From IMG/VR virus record IMGVR_UViG_3300032304_003098, positions 45,578-109,577 of that record: a DNA stretch of 64,000 nucleotides. One strand, written 5' to 3'. Below, one piece after another: positions 8,697-17,470 of this stretch. The position numbers were made by a program, and so were the translations under genes. The notes beneath the pieces are model-generated. The model did no database searches. It was given only the letters and a program-made list of their open reading frames with translations, and was not told the origin of the DNA. Each line of letters begins with the position of its first letter. Position 1 is the stretch's first letter. Source of the DNA: a virus.

Positions 8697-9560
8697 ATGT
8701 TCAAACAATCTATTTATTTGTTGTTGTTTCACACGGAGGGGTTTCCACACGACGAAGGGTTTGATATTTCTAAATCTGCCCAAGACGTGGAAAAAGCTTT
8801 AAGTGGAGTTTTTACCGATATTCTAATTTATACACCACGTAAGTTGAAACAACTTCCTGGATCAGAAAATTTTTGTAATTTTCACGAAGGTGAATTTTCT
8901 TTGAATCCTGGGTTAAATCAAATAGGGTGTGGGGATTTTAAATCGTTTTTAATTGAACATACACTGAATGAAATCCCACCAAACTCTTTATTGATTTATC
9001 ACGACTGTAACTTTGAAAAATATGTCCAGTATTGGCAAACTGATTGGTCAGATTTGGAAAATATTTGTGATTATTTTTTGGATCAAAACTTTTCTGATTT
9101 TTTTATCCCTTTTGAGGAAAGAGATCATGCAGGAAATTATCCTAAGGTTAAACATTTTGGAAAAAGATACACAACTCAGTATTTTTTTACAGATCAGGAA
9201 TTGGTTAGAATTTTAGAAGAATCCCCTATGCTGGGATCTTCTAGAATGATTATTAGAAACACTCCTGCCTCAAGAGAGTTTTTCTCTGATTTTAGAAAAT
9301 TCAACGAGAAAAAGGACCTTTTAACTAAATGGCCAAATGCAGATCCGCATCCAGAATTCATTCATTCGTGTCCAGAACAACACATATTAAATTTGTTGGT
9401 GTTTAAATACATCACAGAAGGTAAACTTCATCCGTACTTTCCAAGATTTAGATTTTGCCATAGAAGGATGAGAATCGATGAATATTTAGAATCCTATAAA
9501 AATGAAAATCTATTTAATTATCTAAAAAAAATTCAAACTATCCATGATTACAATTTTTGA
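8697..9560 (+). CDS. putative glycosyltransferase (GT-A-like)
   Basis: LLIYHDCN (DxD-like position) and C-terminal HSCPEQHILNLL resembling the H-x-x-DQ-x-I-L motif of nucleotide-diphospho-sugar transferases. Confidence 0.55.
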   Translation: MFKQSIYLLLFHTEGFPHDEGFDISKSAQDVEKALSGVFTDILIYTPRKLKQLPGSENFCNFHEGEFSLNPGLNQIGCGDFKSFLIEHTLNEIPPNSLLIYHDCNFEKYVQYWQTDWSDLENICDYFLDQNFSDFFIPFEERDHAGNYPKVKHFGKRYTTQYFFTDQELVRILEESPMLGSSRMIIRNTPASREFFSDFRKFNEKKDLLTKWPNADPHPEFIHSCPEQHILNLLVFKYITEGKLHPYFPRFRFCHRRMRIDEYLESYKNENLFNYLKKIQTIHDYNF

Positions 9561-10086
9561 AGGTGCCAGGAACTCGGGAAAAACCTTTCTTGCCAACTCT
9601 TATGCCAAACAAACTAACCTCCCTATTTACAAATTTGAATTTTCAGGTTGGTTTTCTGAATTAATGATTCCAGATGATGATCCTGTAACTCACTATTTTG
9701 CTTTGGGCAAAGAGGCCATGCTACTACAACTAAACAGAGATGGATTTTTATCTGATTTTATTTTGGATCGGGGATTTCTCACAGTTTTAACTTGGGGAAT
9801 TATTAGTGACCGGATTACTCATCAACTGGCTTTACAACAGCTCAATCTCTTCAGAGATAAAGGTTTATTGGGCAATTTGAAAATTATTTTAGTCGAAGGT
9901 ACAAATCCTTCATCTGAAGCCCGAAATAAAGATTTGTGGGATTTTAGAGAAAATACCTCGCAGGAAAAAGAAACTTTACTTAATTTGGTTTCAACACTTC
10001 AATTAATTGAACCAGATATACAAATTGTGAAACTTACCAATGATTTTACAGATAAGACATCAAGTAATTTAACCGAATTAATTTGA
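9544..10086 (+). CDS. P-loop nucleotide kinase (thymidylate/dNMP kinase-like)
   Basis: ITIFEGARNSGKT Walker A and ILDRG motif. Confidence 0.75.
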   Translation: MITIFEGARNSGKTFLANSYAKQTNLPIYKFEFSGWFSELMIPDDDPVTHYFALGKEAMLLQLNRDGFLSDFILDRGFLTVLTWGIISDRITHQLALQQLNLFRDKGLLGNLKIILVEGTNPSSEARNKDLWDFRENTSQEKETLLNLVSTLQLIEPDIQIVKLTNDFTDKTSSNLTELI

Positions 10087-10087
10087 T

Positions 10088-11497
10088 ATGTGTGGAATCT
10101 TCATAAACATAGACGGAGAAAAAGAAAGATTAAATTCTTTGTCCCACAGAGGCATCGAATCTAATACTATCGAAAGAGAGGGAATCTATTTATGTCATAC
10201 TAGACTTCCCATCCAAACAGAAGAGGGTGACGGATGGAAGCAACCAATTGAGATTTCACCTGGAATTTTTCTTTTGTACAACGGGGAAATCTTCAATTAT
10301 GACACTTCTGTGTTTGGGTCTGATATCGAATATTTATGTCACATTTTCTCTTCTTGGAAAGGAGGTTCTTTCGAAATGTTTTGTTCAATGTTTATGCCTA
10401 GGGTCCAAACATGGGATGGTTTTTGGGCTTTAGCTATCTATGATGCTAAAAATAAAGATGTTATCTGTTTCACGGATCCTTTGGGAAAAAAATGTCTTTA
10501 TGTAAATGAAGATGGAGAATTAGCCTCGGAAATTAAATCCGTTAAACATTGGTTTAGCCCTAAAGATTCTCATTTTATTTCTACTGTTAGAAAATTTGGC
10601 TATGTGACCGACGATTCCACTTCATATTTGGATGTGAAAAGAATTTTACCAAACACAATCTACCATTATAATCTGAATTCTCCAAGTTTTAAAACCACTT
10701 ATGCTAATTATTATCAGGGTTTCAATTTCCCCATCGAAAATTTAGCTTCTGGAGATTATGAAGCCCATATGGAGTGGCTGTGGGCAAAACTTTTTGAATC
10801 TGTCCGAAACAGATTAATTTCTAAAAACTACCCTATTTCCCTTTTGGTATCTGGAGGTTTAGATTCCTCAATTATTGCTGGAATTTTGAAAGAGCTAGCA
10901 CCAGAGGTAAAATGGTTTTCTATTGAAAATGGAGAATCTGAATATGTTAATATTTTATCCAGATTTCATCAAAAGACGGTGAATTTTCTAGATTACAAAA
11001 TGGATGAATTGCAAATTAAAAAAATCTATCAAGATTGGAATGAAAGTCCTATTGATTTAGGATCTGTAGTTCCTCAATACTTCCTTTTTGAATCTGTTAA
11101 AAAATATGGTGAATCTAGAATTGTTTTGAGTGGGGATGGAGCTGATGAGCTTTTTGGGGGTTACTCTAGAATTCATGAATATGATTCCCAATTTTCGGAT
11201 GTTTTCGATGAGTTGAGATTTTATCATTTACCTAGATTAGATAAGCTTTCTATGGCACACACCTTAGAACTTAGAAATCCTTTCCTCAATTTGGATTTAG
11301 TACGGTTTGCCCTTCATCTTCCTAGAGAATGGAGAACCGATAAAAAAATTCTAAAAGACACATTTGGTCCCTTACTGCCTGTAGAAATTGTAAATAGACC
11401 GAAGGAGGCACTGAAGAACCCCAAAATCAAAGAAAACAAATTAAAATACCGTCAGCATGCGGTAGATCTTTTTTTAGATCCCGAATCAAACCAATGA
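10088..11497 (+). CDS. asnB: asparagine synthetase B-like glutamine-dependent amidotransferase
   Basis: MCGI Ntn cysteine, HTRLPI, YNGEIFN, SGGLDSS PP-loop, LSGDGADELFGGY, ELRNPFL. Confidence 0.93.
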   Translation: MCGIFINIDGEKERLNSLSHRGIESNTIEREGIYLCHTRLPIQTEEGDGWKQPIEISPGIFLLYNGEIFNYDTSVFGSDIEYLCHIFSSWKGGSFEMFCSMFMPRVQTWDGFWALAIYDAKNKDVICFTDPLGKKCLYVNEDGELASEIKSVKHWFSPKDSHFISTVRKFGYVTDDSTSYLDVKRILPNTIYHYNLNSPSFKTTYANYYQGFNFPIENLASGDYEAHMEWLWAKLFESVRNRLISKNYPISLLVSGGLDSSIIAGILKELAPEVKWFSIENGESEYVNILSRFHQKTVNFLDYKMDELQIKKIYQDWNESPIDLGSVVPQYFLFESVKKYGESRIVLSGDGADELFGGYSRIHEYDSQFSDVFDELRFYHLPRLDKLSMAHTLELRNPFLNLDLVRFALHLPREWRTDKKILKDTFGPLLPVEIVNRPKEALKNPKIKENKLKYRQHAVDLFLDPESNQ

Positions 11498-11514
11498 TTT
11501 CAAAAAGGAAAGTA

Positions 11515-11522
11515 GATATATA
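11515..11522 (+). promoter_or_regulatory. putative late promoter GATATATA
   Basis: 16 nt before ATG 11539. Confidence 0.65.
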
Positions 11523-11538
11523 GAAAAAAGTCTACTCG

Positions 11539-12261
11539 ATGAAAATCCAGAAAGTCCAAAATTTTGACCAGTTTACATCCCAAAAAATTGAAGAAGCTAA
11601 TGATTCGTTTTTCTCTTTTGATTTTTTAGGTAATCTTTTTAACAAAGGGTTTGATGCTTTCACTGACGTTTTAAAGAACAAAGTTATAGCCCATCTTCTG
11701 GAATATTTAGGCATAGGCGAAGGCACAATTTTAAGTAAACTTGTTCAAAACTTCGTTGAACAAATTGAGGTTAAAGATTATTACGCTATTCTATTTAAAT
11801 CGAAGATGAATGCTCGATATCTTGCCCCAAAAGCTGCTAATGCTACCATGGAGTTTTTAGTTGAAAATGGATTTAATGATGTAGCCAAAGCCTTGGGTGT
11901 AACTGATACTAATGGTTATATTTACAGAACAATACAAGAAGGATTGGTAAATGAGGTTACACGAAAAGATTTTGCTAAAAGATTGGAGTCTTTTTATCTG
12001 ATGTTATTTGGCGGAGTTCCTGAACAATCTGTAGAGATCTTTCAAAAATCTCTTAAGCCTGAAGAAAAAGCAAAATTACAAAACGACCTGGTCACAAAAG
12101 CAAAATCTGCGGGGATCAAAGCAGAAAAACCAGAAGAAAAAAATGCTATGCTGACCAACTTTTTTGCAAATATAGGATCTCTAAATCAAGCCAATCCAAC
12201 CCAGATCGCAACTACCGCTGGAGAAGATTTATTCACGAGCTTAATCCAGCCTACAAAATAA
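11539..12261 (+). CDS. hypothetical protein, probable internal head protein
   Basis: KVQNFDQF...KIEE leader; preceded by the late motif. Confidence 0.55.
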   Translation: MKIQKVQNFDQFTSQKIEEANDSFFSFDFLGNLFNKGFDAFTDVLKNKVIAHLLEYLGIGEGTILSKLVQNFVEQIEVKDYYAILFKSKMNARYLAPKAANATMEFLVENGFNDVAKALGVTDTNGYIYRTIQEGLVNEVTRKDFAKRLESFYLMLFGGVPEQSVEIFQKSLKPEEKAKLQNDLVTKAKSAGIKAEKPEEKNAMLTNFFANIGSLNQANPTQIATTAGEDLFTSLIQPTK

Positions 12262-12269
12262 AATTCAAG

Positions 12270-12614
12270 ATGAATATAAACGATGTATCCAAAAGGGAAA
12301 TTTTAGATTTCAAAGATTTTTTGGGCAAGGTTATGGATAATACCTTTAAACCTTTAGCTGCTGAAAATCAAAAAGACAGCTATGATCGCACAGGATTTCA
12401 TAAAATTAAAAGAGAGCCTGCCTATGATTTTGTAGGTTATGCTGATGCAGTCTTTTCACCGGAAAGGGCAGGAATCGGCCTGCCTGGTTACAATGCAGGA
12501 GGCAACAGACAATATATTAATGCTATCGGTGGTCCAGGATTAGTCCAAACCTCTGCTACCAATGAATCTGAAAGTGTGGACCAAACTAAAATTAAAAGAT
12601 TGTCAGATTTTTAA
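12270..12614 (+). CDS. hypothetical protein, probable head-associated protein
   Basis: ILDFKDF near the N-terminus and TNES...IKRLSDF at the C-terminus resemble the capsid-targeting motif. Confidence 0.55.
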   Translation: MNINDVSKREILDFKDFLGKVMDNTFKPLAAENQKDSYDRTGFHKIKREPAYDFVGYADAVFSPERAGIGLPGYNAGGNRQYINAIGGPGLVQTSATNESESVDQTKIKRLSDF

Positions 12615-12632
12615 AATTCTGATTTGTAAAAT

Positions 12633-12666
12633 AAAAGGGACGGGATCGAAACTCGTCCTTTTTTTT
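12633..12666 (+). terminator. intrinsic terminator
   Basis: AAAAGGGACGGG-ATCGAAA-CTCGTCCTTTTTTTT hairpin with T-run. Confidence 0.85.
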
Positions 12667-12690
12667 GTGTATAACTTTTAAATTATTTGT

Positions 12691-13362
12691 ATGTCGAAAA
12701 TTCGTTTAGTCCACATTTTAACAGAAATAGACACACCCAGAGAAAAAGCATCTATCAATTCTTTGTCCCCCCTTGGTGAACTTGGGCTTGAATACGTCCA
12801 ACAAGTAAATCAGAGATACAAAGGGGAAGAGTGGAAATTAACAAAAGCTTTAACCCAAAGCGAGCACACAAATCACGGACCTGGACACTACGGTGCTTTT
12901 CATTCTTTCAAAAAAGCAATCGAAGAAAATTTTACGCCCGATCTGGATGCTTTAGTTCTTTGTGAGTGTGATTGTGTGTTGGAAGTTCCCCATCATAACT
13001 TTATGCAAACCCTCGATAGGGGCATCCAATTTTGCTCCAAACATGATATTCGTTATCTTTCCTTAGGATCCAGGTTTGTAAACGGCTTTCTTCAGAGCCC
13101 AGTCTCCGAAACAGATCCAGATTTTGGGGACTTTTATATCACAACAAAAATTATTTTGGCCCACTGTGTTGTTTTACACAAGAGCTCAAGAGAATTTTAT
13201 CTAGAGGCTTTGAAAAATCACTCTTGGGATAGTCCAGATATTTGGTTTAACGAAGTAAATTGGCTTCATAATAATTACAGGTTTGCTATTCCTTGGGAGA
13301 GATCTGCCTATCAACACGAAGGACATTCTTTAATAGACGATTGTTGGAAAAATTCACAATAG
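12691..13362 (+). CDS. glycosyltransferase family 25-like protein
   Basis: GHYGAFHSF, LVLCECD (equivalent of LILEDD), LAHCVVL, SPDIWF, YQHEGHSLID follow the GT25 motif order. Confidence 0.7.
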   Translation: MSKIRLVHILTEIDTPREKASINSLSPLGELGLEYVQQVNQRYKGEEWKLTKALTQSEHTNHGPGHYGAFHSFKKAIEENFTPDLDALVLCECDCVLEVPHHNFMQTLDRGIQFCSKHDIRYLSLGSRFVNGFLQSPVSETDPDFGDFYITTKIILAHCVVLHKSSREFYLEALKNHSWDSPDIWFNEVNWLHNNYRFAIPWERSAYQHEGHSLIDDCWKNSQ

Positions 13363-14064
13363 TTCCAGCTTTCTTTCCGTATCACGGACGAACAATTCTT
13401 TAGCTATTTTTAAGATATTTGAATCTGAATTGAAATCTTCGTGAATCTCCATCGCTGTTATGCTTAGGGAATCGGATTTAACCCCGATAGCCACGATGAT
13501 TTCATTGATTAGATGATCGTAATTTATGGAAAAAAAATTATTTGTGATTTTAACTTTTTTCATCAAAATTCCAAAAGATGAAGAATTGGAATATCTTGAC
13601 CACCAAAAAGGATGAATTTCGTCGGTTGCCATATTTCTAACTAAAAGAATGCCGCATTCTGAGTTTTTAACTTCTGGGTTTAAATTATACACCGAAATTC
13701 TATCCTCCAATTTTTTCCAAATGGAAGTAATTATCTCAGCATAACGATACAAACAATCTAAAGAAATTTCAATTATACTAGACAATTCCTCTCTTTCTGC
13801 TGTAGTGAGTTTGAGGGCTTCAAATTCTTGTGCGATCTCTTTTTCTTTGGCCTGTAAATCATGGAGTGGAAAAATTTGTCCTCCTATAATTTTATCCATT
13901 AACTTCAAATCTTTGATTATCGCAAAAACTTTTCTAATTGGTTGATAAATGTTGTCTTTACGAATTTCTTTATTTACCCCCTGTAAAAAATTTAATAAAA
14001 TGTATTGTTTATGTTCGGCATCTATTGGGGACTTTAGAAACCAGGTAGTATCTATATTTTCCAT
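13354..14064 (-). CDS. hypothetical protein
   Basis: 236-aa ORF filling the gap on the minus strand, preceded by a minus-strand GAATATATA. Confidence 0.8.
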   Translation of the reverse strand: MENIDTTWFLKSPIDAEHKQYILLNFLQGVNKEIRKDNIYQPIRKVFAIIKDLKLMDKIIGGQIFPLHDLQAKEKEIAQEFEALKLTTAEREELSSIIEISLDCLYRYAEIITSIWKKLEDRISVYNLNPEVKNSECGILLVRNMATDEIHPFWWSRYSNSSSFGILMKKVKITNNFFSINYDHLINEIIVAIGVKSDSLSITAMEIHEDFNSDSNILKIAKELFVRDTERKLELL

Positions 14065-14093
14065 GACCTTGGTTTAAATTTTTAAATTCTGTT

Positions 14094-14101
14094 TATATAT
14101 T
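14094..14101 (-). promoter_or_regulatory. putative late promoter AATATATA (minus strand)
   Basis: 29 nt before the minus-strand ATG at 14064. Confidence 0.55.
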
Positions 14102-14136
14102 CTTGTGGACTATCAGAAAAGAAAAAAAGGATTGAC

Positions 14137-14144
14137 GATATATA
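14137..14144 (+). promoter_or_regulatory. putative late promoter GATATATA
   Basis: 19 nt before ATG 14164, divergent from the 14094 copy. Confidence 0.65.
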
Positions 14145-14163
14145 GACAAACAAATTTCAAGGC

Positions 14164-14598
14164 ATGAGAATTCAAGATTTTGGTTCATATTCTGTACAGA
14201 AGAAAAAAAATTTCACTTCAGAGTATACATTTACCTGCCCCTTGGATTATTTGGACGTCAAGCTAACAAACAGACCTCCTGAATTGTCAGATGTGGATGA
14301 TTTGAAGTGCGAAATAGAATACGAAATTTCAATAGAAAGAAAAAAAGAAGGAGTTCAAGATATTTCATTTAAGATAAATCAAATTGAGTTGGAGTTAAAA
14401 GTAGACGACCATCCAGACGATCCCAAAGAATTCGAATTTGAAATTGTACCTGGTGAAAATATAGATCCAAATTTGGTTGTGGTTAGAAAGGGAGAATCTT
14501 TAATCCCTACAAGTCCTACTTTTTTACATATAGACATGAAGAAGTCTGCTAAAGTTGCCGACTTCAAGATTACAGTTTTATTTGGTAAGAATGAATAA
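14164..14598 (+). CDS. hypothetical beta-rich acidic protein
   Basis: ORF after the late motif; MRIQDFGSY leader. Confidence 0.75.
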   Translation: MRIQDFGSYSVQKKKNFTSEYTFTCPLDYLDVKLTNRPPELSDVDDLKCEIEYEISIERKKEGVQDISFKINQIELELKVDDHPDDPKEFEFEIVPGENIDPNLVVVRKGESLIPTSPTFLHIDMKKSAKVADFKITVLFGKNE

Positions 14599-15481
14599 GA
14601 ATACAATTCCTAGTTTTTCAGATTTTACAAATCTAAACGAATCAGAATCAACATCCAAGAAAAACCTGGGTATTATAGGTCCTTTGGCAAACTGGTCTCT
14701 TAAACTTCAGGTTTATCCAGAGCCCAATCGGGGCATGATTGGGTATGCTATAGATGAAAATTGGGTTGAAATATTTCATGAAAATAAAAAAGTCAGATTT
14801 CCAAAATCTTGCTGTGAAATGAAATCTAATCCGAACTCTGCAGTTATCCACATTAAACCCCATACTAAGTGGTTTTCGAAATTGAAAAATAGAGAAGAAA
14901 TGGAAGAATTCGTTGATAATTTCATAGAATCCCATGCCATAAAAAAAGAAAAAGATTCAGAAAGAATTGCAGAAAGCACTCAAATACTGTTGGATTTGTT
15001 TGGAATACATTCGGATGTTCAAAATACCAAAACTAGGTTTCCCGGCCTTTACGAGTTAACATTGGATAATGGGATGCAAATCGAAATGCAAAAAACAGAA
15101 GAATCTGAACTTTTTTCTGACTTCAAAATTTACAAATCATCAGATGCTAAATTTCCGGATGTTAGAATTAAAAGAAAAAATGACAAGTACCAGATGGAAT
15201 TCAGAGGTCCCGCCGGGAAATTTTATGAATCTGAAGAATCTTTAACCGACCTGTTAGAAAACAGGGTTTGTACTTATCTGACCAAATGCGTTTTGGAAAT
15301 GGATTGTCTAACAGAAGAATCTTATTTAATTGAACAATTGAAAAAGACATTATCAGAGAAAATAGATCCGAAAAATGTCGAAAAACTAGAAAAAAGAAAA
15401 AGCGATATTCAAAATTTGAGAGGAATTCTAACCAATTCAATCGAAAACTCAAAGTTGGAAGAAATTCTCCAAAGCGAATAA
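14591..15481 (+). CDS. hypothetical protein, probable internal head protein
   Basis: Start moved to ATG 14591; MNKNTIPSFSDFTNLNES is a close match to the capsid-targeting-like leader. Confidence 0.6.
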   Translation: MNKNTIPSFSDFTNLNESESTSKKNLGIIGPLANWSLKLQVYPEPNRGMIGYAIDENWVEIFHENKKVRFPKSCCEMKSNPNSAVIHIKPHTKWFSKLKNREEMEEFVDNFIESHAIKKEKDSERIAESTQILLDLFGIHSDVQNTKTRFPGLYELTLDNGMQIEMQKTEESELFSDFKIYKSSDAKFPDVRIKRKNDKYQMEFRGPAGKFYESEESLTDLLENRVCTYLTKCVLEMDCLTEESYLIEQLKKTLSEKIDPKNVEKLEKRKSDIQNLRGILTNSIENSKLEEILQSE

Positions 15482-15513
15482 GTTCTACGAAAGGAACTTT
15501 CTTTTCATTTTTC
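15480..15513 (+). terminator. possible intrinsic terminator
   Basis: AAGTTCT-ACGAAA-GGAACTT hairpin followed by a T-rich tract; weak AT-rich stem. Confidence 0.45.
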
Positions 15514-15586
15514 ATATAAAATCCAATCAAGTTGTGAATCCTTTTGTGTTGTATATTTTTAAAGTCAAAGTTTTGAATTTTTAAAC

Positions 15587-16225
15587 ATGAAATGGCTAAA
15601 GCAGTTTTTTAATAAATCGAAAAAAATGAATTGGAAAGAAAAAAGCTTAGAGGAGATCCAGGAATTCTTTCAAACTAAAGATTTTCAATGGTTGAAAGGT
15701 GACCAGATGGGAAACATAGAAAAATTTAAAGCAATTGAAAAAGATGAATCTACTGGATTTACTTTCATTTGTTTCCGTTCTGGAGGAAGAATGAACGTAG
15801 ATTTAGTACAAGAATATATGGATGTTTTTCCCTCCCAAAACATTGACTTTGCTTCATTGGCCTCTGCTTCTCCGCCCCAGCAACCCACTGGAGAAAAATC
15901 AACGGCAGTTAAAAGTAAAACCAATACAGTTTCTTCGATACAACTTTCAGAGTCTCCGATATATAGTTTGTTGAAGAAACAAAAAAACAATTGGGTTAAC
16001 GTGAATATTACCTTGAAATTGAATCTTCCTTCGAAGAATTTGTATGGTGTGCTTACTTCTTCTTTCGAAGATGCCGACACTGAAATCATCAATTTTGTGA
16101 CTGAAGGCGTAGATATTGATGACATCAAAGCTGCTTTAGGTGAATCAATACTGTCGTACTATGACAAGAAAAAAAACCTAGTTTCTTCTGATAAATTTTT
16201 AGACCAAATTGAAGATGGAAAGTAA
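15587..16225 (+). CDS. hypothetical protein
   Basis: Two-domain ORF with an S/P-rich linker; true start may be the Met at 15626. Confidence 0.8.
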   Translation: MKWLKQFFNKSKKMNWKEKSLEEIQEFFQTKDFQWLKGDQMGNIEKFKAIEKDESTGFTFICFRSGGRMNVDLVQEYMDVFPSQNIDFASLASASPPQQPTGEKSTAVKSKTNTVSSIQLSESPIYSLLKKQKNNWVNVNITLKLNLPSKNLYGVLTSSFEDADTEIINFVTEGVDIDDIKAALGESILSYYDKKKNLVSSDKFLDQIEDGK

Positions 16226-16790
16226 TTTACTTTTTGAAAACAAACTCTTCCGCGTGGAAGAAAGAAACGGTTTTACTGGGATGGTACCTCTTTTCACTAA
16301 TGTTATGATTATGCCATTTATTTCAGATGAACAAGGTTTACCCCTTTCCATTGGCGTTCTAAAAGAACCAAATCCTTTTAGAGATGGTGGCATGTCTATT
16401 TCTTTAATTACTGGCACTACCGAAGAAGAAGATCCAGATCTACTTTCGACCGCCAAGAGAGAACTCAAAGAAGAAAGTGGCTATGATGTACAAGACAATA
16501 AAAGGTGGTTTTATTTAGGATCTGTTACTGCTTCCAAATTTGTCGACCATGAACAGCCTTGTTTTGCAGTAGACGTTACAGATGTTGTAAAGGGAGAGCC
16601 AAATCCAGATAACAACGAGAAGGAAAACTCGATGGAATTCAAATTTATTTCCGCAAACGATGTTGTCAAACATAAAGATATTTTTATACCTGGACTTTTT
16701 CTGAAGTTGTTTAAATTCGTCTTGGGATTCGATGTGCAAAACAAACAAGAGGGTTTGGAAAAAAGCAAAGGTTTTAAATTTTCAATTTAA
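16215..16790 (+). CDS. Nudix hydrolase (ADP-ribose pyrophosphatase-like)
   Basis: Nudix box GTTEEEDPDLLSTAKRELKEESGY; start moved to ATG 16215. Confidence 0.88.
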   Translation: MESNLLFENKLFRVEERNGFTGMVPLFTNVMIMPFISDEQGLPLSIGVLKEPNPFRDGGMSISLITGTTEEEDPDLLSTAKRELKEESGYDVQDNKRWFYLGSVTASKFVDHEQPCFAVDVTDVVKGEPNPDNNEKENSMEFKFISANDVVKHKDIFIPGLFLKLFKFVLGFDVQNKQEGLEKSKGFKFSI

Positions 16791-16795
16791 ATTTT

Positions 16796-17119
16796 ATGAG
16801 TCAAGCTAGAAAAGCCAGAAGGGCAATTGCAAAATCTTTAGGGTATCTTAAAAAAGATGAATCCGTGTTATCTTTTAGAGAAAGAGTCAGGAGAGCACAT
16901 CAGATGGGTAAACAATTTCACACCATCCATCTCCAAAATATTATGAATCAAGAAATTCAGGCAGGTAGAATTTTAACTAATCAAAACTTGGAAAATTTGG
17001 CAATTGAAAAAAACAATAACGAAGAGAATTTTGGAACTAATTTGAATTCGTTTAATTTTTTAAGCGAATTCAAACCCGAAGGATCACCAGAGATAGAGAT
17101 CCAGGATAACCCAAAATAG
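16796..17119 (+). CDS. hypothetical protein with basic N-terminus
   Basis: Tightly packed ORF, MSQARKARRAIAK. Confidence 0.75.
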   Translation: MSQARKARRAIAKSLGYLKKDESVLSFRERVRRAHQMGKQFHTIHLQNIMNQEIQAGRILTNQNLENLAIEKNNNEENFGTNLNSFNFLSEFKPEGSPEIEIQDNPK

Positions 17120-17120
17120 T

Positions 17121-17453
17121 ATGATTGATTGTTTGGCTGGATTTAAATTTTTTCTGACCGAATGCTCTGCCAAAGAGACCAAAAAGAAATTCTTTGGTTA
17201 TTCAGACTTCTATCTTATAGATATTGGGAAGGTTATCCGCGAACTGGGATATAATAATCAAAATTTAACCCAAGAGTCTGAATTCATCATAAATTACACT
17301 GTTCGTAGGAAAATAGACCAGGGGATATATAATACAAAGAATAACACCATTTTGATCGTCCACAAAAATATCTCTCCAGATTTTATTGAAAATCTGACTT
17401 GTTTTTTGAAAGAATACGGAGATAATTTTCAGTTTGAGATAGAAATGGTTTAA
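17121..17453 (+). CDS. hypothetical protein
   Basis: Tightly packed ORF; contains a GATATATA at 17324-17331 that could serve the downstream baseplate operon. Confidence 0.7.
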   Translation: MIDCLAGFKFFLTECSAKETKKKFFGYSDFYLIDIGKVIRELGYNNQNLTQESEFIINYTVRRKIDQGIYNTKNNTILIVHKNISPDFIENLTCFLKEYGDNFQFEIEMV

Positions 17454-17470
17454 AAATTTGTATGAGATAA

